From a virus: DNA of 32,691 nt. The notes beneath the pieces are model-generated. The model was given only the letters and a program-made list of their open reading frames with translations. It was not told the DNA's origin and ran no database searches. Below, in pieces: positions 15,171-22,413 of this stretch (positions within the stretch are counted from its first letter, which is position 1; each line of letters starts with the position of its first letter). Made by a program: the position numbers and the translations under genes. The stretch lies in the IMG/VR virus record IMGVR_UViG_3300045988_068683. One strand, written 5' to 3'.

Positions 15171-15211
15171 ATCATACCGTACTTGGCGTTGGCCGTCAAG
15201 TCGGCGTGTCG
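15171..15211 (-). promoter_or_regulatory. Early promoter P2 with upstream CGACACGCC box
   Basis: The minus strand reads CGACACGCC (15203-15211), TTGACG (15194-15199), 17 nt, TATGAT (15171-15176). Confidence 0.6.
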
Positions 15212-15214
15212 TGT

Positions 15215-15352
15215 TCAGTCCGCGATAGGCCAAGGTCTGGCCGACGTCTGCGTGAGTTCGCCATCATGGTAATGGTAGCGTTCTCCCGTCGAGGTGATGA
15301 AGATGCCCTCGCCACCTTGGATGTAGCCTTTGCCGCTTAGTTCCTTGTTCAT
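15215..15352 (-). CDS. Early protein, 45 aa, unknown function
   Basis: Below the track cutoff. It has the same leader as the 73-aa gene (caaccaaggaggtacgaaATG). Translation is MNKELSGKGYIQGGEGIFITSTGERYHYHDGELTQTSARPWPIAD. Confidence 0.5.
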   Translation of the reverse strand: MNKELSGKGYIQGGEGIFITSTGERYHYHDGELTQTSARPWPIAD

Positions 15353-15378
15353 TTCGTACCTCCTTGGTTGATAGTTTT

Positions 15379-15419
15379 AGTATACAGCGCTTGGCATCAA
15401 GAGTCAAGTTGGCGTGTCG
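15379..15419 (-). promoter_or_regulatory. Early promoter P3 with upstream CGACACGCC box
   Basis: The minus strand reads CGACACGCC (15411-15419), TTGACT (15402-15407), 17 nt, TATACT (15379-15384). Confidence 0.65.
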
Positions 15420-15432
15420 TGAGAACGGTTCT

Positions 15433-15636
15433 CAATACCAACAAACCACATGAACCAAGTCAATAAATGAACCACGTTAACAAGTCAACACGGTTAACAT
15501 ATAAACCGCGTCAATAAATGAACCACGTTAACCAATGAACACGGTTAACACATGAACGAGGTTAAGACATGAACCACGTTAACAAGTCAACGCGGTTAAC
15601 ACATGAACCCGGTAAACCAATTAACCCGGCAAACAC
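15433..15636. repeat. Array of 12 tandem degenerate 17-bp repeats (three well-conserved 51-bp super-units). Putative iterons or a protein-binding array.
   Basis: ATGAACCACGTTAAC recurs at 15467, 15518 and 15569, exactly 51 bp apart. ATGAAC recurs at 17-bp multiples, and GTTAAC palindromes are embedded in the units. Confidence 0.85.
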
Positions 15637-16214
15637 ATGGGGGAGCACGCCCCAATACCCCGGGGGGGTACCCGGAGAAGACACGCGCGGGGCCTCACCG
15701 CACGCCTTGCTATTTGCGCCGACGAGGGCGAACGGGACAGGACACCATCTGAGAGCCATTCTTTGGGGCCTTGGACGGACTTTCACGCCGAACCCTAGTA
15801 CTTTTACCTTCCAGCGCCGGAAAGCCCTCAGAGACGCCTTTATTCGATTCGTGCGGAAGTCGAGCTACGGCCATGGTGGAAGCGTGTGGTCTGGCGAAGG
15901 CCCGTGCGACGCTGCCCATCGGTTGTAGGCGGCCATGTGATGACAGCGGTTCACCTCATGCCCACGGCCGGTCTGGATGCCGTTGTTACGGCGTCGTTCC
16001 AACGGTTTCGCGGCGTCACGCCACCACTGCGACCATGTTGGTGCGTGGCTGGTTCGGTGGAATCCGCGTCTCGTGGCCGAATGGCGTGCTGGTGTCTTGG
16101 TTTTGGCGGATTTCCAACGCTTAGCCTGTGGAAAACTCAAGTTAGGGGCAATAAATTCTGTGAAGGAATTGTGATGGTTTTGGCGAGTTTGACACAAAAT
16201 CAGTGGCCCAAATT
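15637..16214. other. GC-rich ORF-free segment. It could be a structured RNA, origin, packaging or attachment region; undetermined.
   Basis: Only short, mutually overlapping ORFs with non-protein-like translations occur in all six frames. There are no RBS-plus-start pairs, while the rest of the genome is tightly packed. Confidence 0.5.
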
Positions 16215-16243
16215 TTGACTTTTGGCGTGTCAGGGTGTATCAC
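16215..16243 (+). promoter_or_regulatory. Candidate rightward promoter
   Basis: TTGACT (16215-16220), a 17-nt spacer containing GGCGTGTC, then TATCAC (16238-16243). Confidence 0.3.
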
Positions 16244-16280
16244 GCGCGCGCACGAGAATGACCCTCCCAAACCCCAATGA

Positions 16281-16451
16281 ATGTAGGATGTAGGTGTAGG
16301 TAATAGGGGTATTAGGATTTTTTTTCGGGACTATTTATATATATATACGCGCGCGCGCGTACCGCCGTCGGGATGCGGATGTCGGGTCGAGTCGAAAAAT
16401 GCAAAAAAAAAAAATCCCAGAACACCCACTTACATTTCCTACATCCTACAT
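16281..16451. repeat. 14-bp perfect inverted repeat flanking an AT-rich, alternating purine-pyrimidine and poly-A core
   Basis: atgtaggatgtagg (16281-16294) pairs with cctacatcctacat (16438-16451). Inside are T8 (16318-16325), (TA)n(CG)n over 26 nt (16336-16361) and A12 (16403-16414). Confidence 0.8.
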
Positions 16452-16554
16452 TTCCTGTGGAAACCAACGATTTCCGACACGCCGTAGGAGAAGGCTCGTA
16501 GCGAGTGTGCTAGGATTGAACCTGTTGAAATCAACTATACCACAGGAGAAGACC

Positions 16555-18810
16555 ATGAGCCACACCTTCCACAAACCGCAAGACCCACCCACACTCGACA
16601 TCAGGCCATACAGGAACATCCCCAACGGCCTAGCCCGCGAAGTCAACGGCCTCACCATGGCCGCACAGACCAGCGAGTACACGTTCACCGACGCGCGACT
16701 CCAAACCATAGCCATGCCCGTCATGGACGGCACCGGCAAGCCACGCTGGGACGACGCCTACTACGACGCCTTCTGGTCGCTCAGAAACGGCGACCTGCGC
16801 CTCAGCGAAGACGGCGACACCATGTACACCCGCGACACCAACTGGCTCGGCGGAGACATGCCCAACACGTGGCATCCAATCAGCAGCCTAGCCGAAGAAT
16901 TCGGCTTCCCCACCGGAAACCACGCCGTCCGCAACCTCGAACCCATGTTCCGCGCCGAAACCCTCAAACTCCCCCGCCTCACACGCGGAATGCTGTTCGG
17001 CAACACCGCCTTCCACCCGCAAGGCAAACACACCGTCACGGTCGAAGAGGCCGACGAAAACGGCGCATACCTGTACGTGGACAACAGCCCATGGCTGAAC
17101 GACGGCAAGAAAACCGCCGAACTCGTCGAACAGGCCAACAAGTTCATCGCCCAACTCACCGCCGACGACGCGAGCCGCGAAAACCTCCTCCGCATGTTCG
17201 CCACCCCCTTCCTCGAACCGTACAAGCATCTCTTCTACGTGTTCTACGGACACGGCGGCGACGGCAAAAGCTTCCTCCTCGGACGATTGGGCGACGCCTA
17301 CCCCGACAAGGCCAGCGGCATCGGCATCAAAGCCCTCAACTCTCCCAGCGTGTTCGAAAGCGGCAACGAGGCGTTGAAACTCGACGGCCGCTACTGGGTG
17401 TACGACGAGGAAGGCGACATGCTCACCGACAAGGACATGGGCATCATCAAACGCATCGCCACCGGCGACACCATCCACGCCCGCGGCGTCGGCCGCAACA
17501 GCGTCAACGTGCGCCCGCAGGCCACGCTCGTCATCGCAAGCAACCATCCATTGGCGACCAGCAACGGCGACGCCAACATGCGTCGCCTCGTGCCCGTCAT
17601 GTTCTCCGGCCGCAAAACCCCGCAGCAGATGCAACCATTGGCCGACTTCATCGACGAGTACGGCATGACCCCGTTCATGCTTGCGAGCGCCATCCTCTGG
17701 GCCGACAAGCCGTTGGACGACGACATCCACCGCGACATCAGCTTCAACAACTCAGAGCAGGAGCTGGACGAACGCACCATGTGGATAGTCAACGAAATCT
17801 GCGAGAACGGCTACGCCGACACGCGCCTCTGCCCATACCCCGGCCACGTCAGCGGCGACATGTACAAGATGCTCGGCGTCGGACTGCGCAGCAAGCGCAT
17901 CGACGGGAAAGTCTGCTCCGTCCGCGTAGTCATCGACGAAGACCGTTTCGCCCCCTACCGCGAACGCTACGAGCAGGAACTGAACGAAACCCGCCTCCCC
18001 CTGCTCGAAGACCTGCCCGTGCCCGAAATCCAGACCGACATGGAACGGCGTGTCACCGAAGACGGCGAAATCGTCAACGTCAAAGCGCCCGAAGGCTTCA
18101 AATTCCACAAGGAGCCGACCGACCCGGCCAATCCGAAAGCCGTCCGCAACTGGAAGAACGGCAAGCAGGAGGATGTCGTGGAAATCGGCGCGGGCGACGT
18201 GTACGCCGTCATCCCGCAACCCGGCAGCATCATCATCGACATGGACGCGCCCAAGGACGACCACAGTCGCCACGGATACGACATCCTCCGTCCCATGCTC
18301 GAACCCACCCTCATGGTGCACACGCCGACGCACGGCGGCATCCACGCCTACTACCGGCTTCCAGAAGGCTGGACAGGCAAGCTCAAGAACACCAACCATG
18401 CGGACGGCATCCCCGTGGACGTGAAGGTGGACGGGCGCGGATACGTGCTCGGCGCCGGTTCCAACATCGAAGGCGTCGGCTTCTACCGGCTGGTAGGCGA
18501 CGAGACCGACGTGCAGGAGGCGCCAATCGGACTGCTCAACTGGCTCGTCGGACATGGCTACGGCGTCAAACCCATGCCGAAACCGGCCGCAGCCAAGGAG
18601 CGCTCGCCGCGCGACGGACGCCCCGACCTCACGCCGGTGCCCGAAGGACGCCGCAACGACACGCTCTACAGGTGGGCTTGGGGACGCCTCCACAACCATG
18701 AGGACAACGAAGCCAACATCCACGACGAACTCGTGCTCCGCGGCCACGTCAGCGGACTCGGAGACACCGAAATCGAACGCATCTGGCAGAGCGTGAAGGA
18801 AACCGCATGA
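16555..18810 (+). CDS. Replicase: D5/P4-type SF3 helicase (N-terminal half) fused to AEP prim-pol plus PriCT-1 (C-terminal half)
   Basis: Start is ATG 16555 after AGGAGA. Walker A is YGHGGDGKS, with DEEGD and VIASNHP motifs. These are followed by IIIDMDAP, HGGIHAYY and VDVKVDGRGYVLGAGS (AEP motifs I-III), and PEGRRNDTLYRWAWG (PriCT). Confidence 0.8.
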   Translation: MSHTFHKPQDPPTLDIRPYRNIPNGLAREVNGLTMAAQTSEYTFTDARLQTIAMPVMDGTGKPRWDDAYYDAFWSLRNGDLRLSEDGDTMYTRDTNWLGGDMPNTWHPISSLAEEFGFPTGNHAVRNLEPMFRAETLKLPRLTRGMLFGNTAFHPQGKHTVTVEEADENGAYLYVDNSPWLNDGKKTAELVEQANKFIAQLTADDASRENLLRMFATPFLEPYKHLFYVFYGHGGDGKSFLLGRLGDAYPDKASGIGIKALNSPSVFESGNEALKLDGRYWVYDEEGDMLTDKDMGIIKRIATGDTIHARGVGRNSVNVRPQATLVIASNHPLATSNGDANMRRLVPVMFSGRKTPQQMQPLADFIDEYGMTPFMLASAILWADKPLDDDIHRDISFNNSEQELDERTMWIVNEICENGYADTRLCPYPGHVSGDMYKMLGVGLRSKRIDGKVCSVRVVIDEDRFAPYRERYEQELNETRLPLLEDLPVPEIQTDMERRVTEDGEIVNVKAPEGFKFHKEPTDPANPKAVRNWKNGKQEDVVEIGAGDVYAVIPQPGSIIIDMDAPKDDHSRHGYDILRPMLEPTLMVHTPTHGGIHAYYRLPEGWTGKLKNTNHADGIPVDVKVDGRGYVLGAGSNIEGVGFYRLVGDETDVQEAPIGLLNWLVGHGYGVKPMPKPAAAKERSPRDGRPDLTPVPEGRRNDTLYRWAWGRLHNHEDNEANIHDELVLRGHVSGLGDTEIERIWQSVKETA

Positions 18811-19232
18811 CGGACCCGATAGGGCGCCTGTGCGACACCGGCGCGCGGCATGGGGCGGACGTGACAATCCGCCCCACCGGACGCGGACTGGCATGCGTCT
18901 ACGAATGCCCGCGATGCGGACGAACCCTAGCCGCATGCCATGTGGCCGAAGACGGCCGCATCATGTTCGGCGGGCGGACTAGAATAAGAAACACGCGCAT
19001 CGTCGGACTGGCATGCGCAATCGTCGGAAAAACCCTAGGAAAGGAGCACGAATGCATGACACGTTCCTCACAATCGCACGCGGAGCAATCGCCATCATGG
19101 CTACCATCATGCTCGCGTTCGCATGGTTTTGCGAATACGCGAACACGCCAGTGCATTACACGACGATTCAGACCGTCGACGAAGGTGGTTTCGAACACGA
19201 CTGCTTGGTCGCAACCTACAAGAAGGACATGA
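18807..19232 (+). CDS. Hypothetical small Cys-containing protein. The 3' extent is doubtful.
   Basis: ATGA overlap with the replicase stop; contains CPRCGRTLAAC. Beyond about 19050 the translation looks like the out-of-frame shadow of 19052..19261. Confidence 0.3.
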   Translation: MTDPIGRLCDTGARHGADVTIRPTGRGLACVYECPRCGRTLAACHVAEDGRIMFGGRTRIRNTRIVGLACAIVGKTLGKEHECMTRSSQSHAEQSPSWLPSCSRSHGFANTRTRQCITRRFRPSTKVVSNTTAWSQPTRRT

Positions 19233-19261
19233 GACTTGACTGCACCCATCCAAACGATTGA
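19052..19261 (+). CDS. Small membrane-anchored protein (69 aa)
   Basis: AGGAAAGGAG precedes ATG 19052. It has a TM helix (GAIAIMATIMLAFAWF) and coding-like third-position GC. Confidence 0.5.
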   Translation: MHDTFLTIARGAIAIMATIMLAFAWFCEYANTPVHYTTIQTVDEGGFEHDCLVATYKKDMRLDCTHPND

Positions 19262-19433
19262 GAACCAAGCCCGCTCAATCCAAGAAGAACTCGGACGGCA
19301 CCTCTCCGCACTGCCTGAAGACTTCGACAATCCGAAGACACTGAAGGCGCGAATGGACTTGCGCAGGGCGTATAATGCTGCTACGGACATCGTGGAACTC
19401 ACGATGCGGCTAAGATTGGAAAGACTGGTATGA
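19236..19433 (+). CDS. Hypothetical protein (65 aa)
   Basis: TTG start. The stop overlaps the next ATG (GTATGA). Confidence 0.35.
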   Translation: MTAPIQTIENQARSIQEELGRHLSALPEDFDNPKTLKARMDLRRAYNAATDIVELTMRLRLERLV

Positions 19434-19918
19434 ACTTCAAACGACACTTGAACAAGCGAATCCGACTAGTGGAAGGAACAGACCCGAATGCGACCGGTAC
19501 CGGAGTGGGAGGCTCTGAAGGCCAGAATGGAAGCGCAGCGGCCTCGACACAGCAGGAGCCGACAATCACCCAAGCCCAGCTCGACGCCATCATCAGCCGA
19601 AAGCTCGCCAAGGAACGCGAAAAGCTCGAAGCAGCCCAGAAAGCAGCCGAAGACGCCCGAAAACTAGCCGAAGAAACCGAGAAGCGCGTCGATGAGGCCC
19701 GTGAGAAGGGCATCAGCCTTGGCCTGTTGCAGGCGAAGCGCAACGCCATCGCCGAACAGTACGGGCTGAGCGCCGACCTGCTGCCCGCCGAGGAAGATAA
19801 GCTCGACGCCTTCGAAAAGCAGCTCGCGGCAAGCATCAACAGCCGCACGCGCGTCACGCCAGTGACCGTCGAACCGGCCACCAAGACCCCCGACTGGATG
19901 GGAGCCGCGCATGCGTGA
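19430..19918 (+). CDS. Capsid scaffolding protein (DUF4355-like)
   Basis: TQAQLDAIISRKLAKEREKLEAAQKAAEDARKLAEE is a charged coiled coil of the scaffold type. Confidence 0.55.
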   Translation: MNFKRHLNKRIRLVEGTDPNATGTGVGGSEGQNGSAAASTQQEPTITQAQLDAIISRKLAKEREKLEAAQKAAEDARKLAEETEKRVDEAREKGISLGLLQAKRNAIAEQYGLSADLLPAEEDKLDAFEKQLAASINSRTRVTPVTVEPATKTPDWMGAAHA

Positions 19919-20108
19919 CATCCGAATCCTCAGCATGATGATGCGTGACGAAAACGTTCCCGCGACCCTCTCAATCTTCAACGACGACATAGTGGTGACA
20001 ACACCAACGGAGCTGGACGAAAACGAGAAGGACAAGCTGGTAAAACGTTTTGCCGAGCGCATCCTACAGCTGGGACTCGCAATGCACGACTGGAAGGAAA
20101 AGGATTGA
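19911..20108 (+). CDS. Hypothetical protein (65 aa)
   Basis: GGGAG RBS. The ORF overlaps both neighbours. Confidence 0.4.
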   Translation: MRDIRILSMMMRDENVPATLSIFNDDIVVTTPTELDENEKDKLVKRFAERILQLGLAMHDWKEKD

Positions 20109-20524
20109 CCGACGAACTGAAGCCGCTCGCCACCGTCGAAGACACCGAGATATACCTGCGCCACAAAGTGCCCATCGACCTCGTGGATTATGAGGAACGC
20201 AAACGCGGAGCAGCATCCAACGTGCTACGCGTGATGTACCGCAACCAAGGCGACGACTTGGACAAGCAGGTCACGGAAGACCCGCTCACCCGCCAAATGG
20301 TCGCTGACATCATCGGCGTCAGCGTCGCACAGGACGTAAGCCGCAAGGAATCCATGTCCGACAGCGACACCGACCTGAGCGCGTTCAAAACATTCACCCA
20401 AACGGCGGGCGGCTACAGTTTCACCGGCGAATGGCGAGGCAACACGGACGACGTGTTCTTCACCAGCAACCAACTCAAACAGCTGGGCGTCGGACGCGCC
20501 ACCATAGCAAGGTTCCAACTCTGA
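20105..20524 (+). CDS. Head-tail connector protein (gp6-like, tentative)
   Basis: 139 aa. TTGA overlap, and the N-terminal LATVEDTEIYLRHKV pattern is typical of gp6-like connectors. Confidence 0.45.
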   Translation: MTDELKPLATVEDTEIYLRHKVPIDLVDYEERKRGAASNVLRVMYRNQGDDLDKQVTEDPLTRQMVADIIGVSVAQDVSRKESMSDSDTDLSAFKTFTQTAGGYSFTGEWRGNTDDVFFTSNQLKQLGVGRATIARFQL

Positions 20525-20832
20525 TGCGCTACGGACTCAAAACACACGAAATCACCATCACCACCGGCGACAGCCAACACACCGTCAAAGGCATCGTGAC
20601 CGCGAACACCACAAGCGAAGACACGAGCACCTTCGACAACATGACCGAAGTGAACGCGCTCACCATCCACGTCACCACGCCGGACACGCCACCGGAAATC
20701 GTCGGCGGCGAACTCGAATACTATGGAAACACCTACCACGTCACCTCCATCAAACCACCCATCGACCCCGAAAACAGGGTGATGTTCAACCCGTTCAAAT
20801 GGAGCTTCAACGCGAAGCAGGTGCAATACTGA
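20524..20832 (+). CDS. Head closure / head-tail adaptor protein (tentative)
   Basis: ATG 20524 overlaps the upstream TGA. 102 aa, with YYGNTYHVTSIK near the C-terminus as in head-closure proteins. Confidence 0.45.
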   Translation: MRYGLKTHEITITTGDSQHTVKGIVTANTTSEDTSTFDNMTEVNALTIHVTTPDTPPEIVGGELEYYGNTYHVTSIKPPIDPENRVMFNPFKWSFNAKQVQY

Positions 20833-21104
20833 TGGCAAGACTCAAAGGCGCCAAAATCATGGTCGCCGCACCGAACGCGGCGACCAACATCGTGATGCAG
20901 TCGGCGGGATTCCAACAGGAGTCACGCCGCGTCGCATCACGAATCATGCCGCAGCTGCGAATGGACTCATACAGGGGCAAACCGCCATCCATGACCACAT
21001 ACCGCACGCTCAGCAGCTTCAAAGGCACACGCCGAGCCGGAACGGAAATCAAATACCACAAGACGCCGCATTCCGGCGACACGCTGAAAGGATTCGGACT
21101 GTGA
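20832..21104 (+). CDS. Head-tail joining protein (tentative)
   Basis: ATGA overlap. 90 aa, positioned between the adaptor and the tail terminator. Confidence 0.3.
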   Translation: MARLKGAKIMVAAPNAATNIVMQSAGFQQESRRVASRIMPQLRMDSYRGKPPSMTTYRTLSSFKGTRRAGTEIKYHKTPHSGDTLKGFGL

Positions 21105-21478
21105 GCAAAGACAACGAAATCGTCAACGACATCATCGACGGACTGGCCCAACGGCTCGACATGCGCGTATACGACAAGTATCCGACCGTGAAGAACGCCG
21201 GCCAGTATCCGCTCATCATCGTCACACGCCAGAACGCGTCCGACATCACCCCATACATCCGACACTTGGACATCGCCGTCACCGTGGTGACACGCGAACT
21301 CTCAGGCGGAACCGACAACACGCTCAGCGCCGAAATCGGCGACGCATTGACCGACTGGTACAACCAGAGCCTGTGGGACATCATGGGCGCCCCGCTGCTC
21401 AACACCACCGACGTCCAGCCGACCAAAGACGGACGCACGTCCACCGTCTACGACTACCAGTTGGAGTACCTGAGTTGA
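21101..21478 (+). CDS. Tail terminator / tail completion protein (DUF3168-like, tentative)
   Basis: GTGA overlap. 125 aa, with the RVYDKYP...YPLIIV...DIAVTVVT pattern. Confidence 0.45.
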   Translation: MSKDNEIVNDIIDGLAQRLDMRVYDKYPTVKNAGQYPLIIVTRQNASDITPYIRHLDIAVTVVTRELSGGTDNTLSAEIGDALTDWYNQSLWDIMGAPLLNTTDVQPTKDGRTSTVYDYQLEYLS

Positions 21479-21978
21479 AGAGCACACAGGAGTCGGTCGA
21501 AGACCTCATGGAAATACTTTCACCGGCCGCTAAAGACATCATCACCGACGAACAGGTGCGCCAAGCCCAAGCAGCCGCCAGCAGCGGAGACAAGCATCTG
21601 GCCGGTAAGGTCTTGGGAGACATCTGGAAGCAGGTCGCGGAAAAATCGGCAGGATTGGGGTTAGAACGACTCGACTCCGACGCCTTCGGCAAGAAAATAG
21701 GCTGGCTCACAAGCCAGCAGCGTTCCGAGAAAACAGTCAGGGACTTCCTCGCCAAATACAAGCGCGAACTAGCTGTCCAGCCGATGCAGGAGGCGACAAA
21801 CAACCTGTTCGCCATCGACTCGACAACCGAAGTCGTGCGCGAATCGGTAGGCGAAACCTGCCAATGGTGTCTCGAACGGTGCGGAATATGGCACCCATAC
21901 GACGCGAACCATTACGGCGTCTGGGCGCGACACGCCGGATGCGACTGCAAAATCTACGTAAGGAACAGCCTCACATGA
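21475..21978 (+). CDS. Minor head protein, SPP1 gp7/MuF-like C-terminal domain
   Basis: TTG 21475 in a TTGA overlap, with GGAG 8 nt upstream. ETCQWCLERCGIWHPYDANHYGVWARHAGCDCKI resembles the Cys/His end of gp7-family proteins. Confidence 0.45.
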   Translation: MKSTQESVEDLMEILSPAAKDIITDEQVRQAQAAASSGDKHLAGKVLGDIWKQVAEKSAGLGLERLDSDAFGKKIGWLTSQQRSEKTVRDFLAKYKRELAVQPMQEATNNLFAIDSTTEVVRESVGETCQWCLERCGIWHPYDANHYGVWARHAGCDCKIYVRNSLT

Positions 21979-22118
21979 CGCCAATCATCAACAACATCGA
22001 CCACCACGAAAGCCCGACGCGCCGCACCACAGTGAAAACCGAAATGGTACGATGGTATCGGGAACAACGACGCCAAATGGCCGAACAGTTAAGGAGGATT
22101 CATGGCAGGGAAGACTGA
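21975..22118 (+). CDS. Hypothetical basic protein (47 aa)
   Basis: ATGA overlap. It is the in-frame tail of track ORF 21864..22118. Confidence 0.35.
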   Translation: MTPIINNIDHHESPTRRTTVKTEMVRWYREQRRQMAEQLRRIHGRED

Positions 22119-22413
22119 AGAAGCCCTCTCAAGCCGCATGGAACAGGTCAACGGACTCATCGACAAAGCCTACTCGGACATGGAAGAGTATGCTCGACGG
22201 GCCGAAACCAATGACGATGACCGCGAATACAACATGAGCATGGCCGCCAACGCGCAGAGAAACTACATCGGTTTCATGCAGCTGCTCATGACCATGACCA
22301 AAAACTTCGACGAAGCGGTGAAAGTCGACTCGCACAAAAGCAAGACCACCGCCGCCAAAGCGCCGAAAACCACTCTTCAGAAACTCGTAGCGAAGGAAGC
22401 GAAACGCTCATGA
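22102..22413 (+). CDS. Hypothetical helical protein (possible small terminase; unsupported)
   Basis: A strong AAGGAGG RBS precedes the start. 103 aa, lying two genes upstream of terL. Confidence 0.4.
   Translation: MAGKTEEALSSRMEQVNGLIDKAYSDMEEYARRAETNDDDREYNMSMAANAQRNYIGFMQLLMTMTKNFDEAVKVDSHKSKTTAAKAPKTTLQKLVAKEAKRS

Noticed and set aside
15433-15636. Could the 17-bp repeat array be a CRISPR array?
   Set aside because: The repeats are directly adjacent with no spacers, they are degenerate, and there is no cas gene or leader.
15562-16218. Track ORFs in the control region (15569..15928, 15771..16124, 15886..16218, 15977..16174, 15562..15786, 15710..15919, 15865..16197)
   Set aside because: They overlap one another in several frames on both strands. 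There is no RBS, and one starts inside the 17-bp repeat array. Their compositions are not protein-like. The region is treated as non-coding.
16399-16554. Upstream start for the replicase (MQKKKIPEHPL...), and similar 5' extensions in the track (8520..8549, 8897..8977, 10752..10793, 15143..15199, 115..213, 20431..20523, 20799..20831, 21373..21474)
   Set aside because: The extensions run through poly-A tracts, inverted repeats, promoters or the preceding gene. Internal starts with an RBS or a stop-start overlap fit better.
16869-18701. 610-aa ORF in an alternative frame of the replicase gene (also 16888..17730 and 17752..18936 on the minus strand)
   Set aside because: The translations are extreme Arg/Pro/His/Gly runs with no motifs. 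They are typical stop-free shadow frames of a GC-rich gene whose main frame carries clear helicase and prim-pol motifs.
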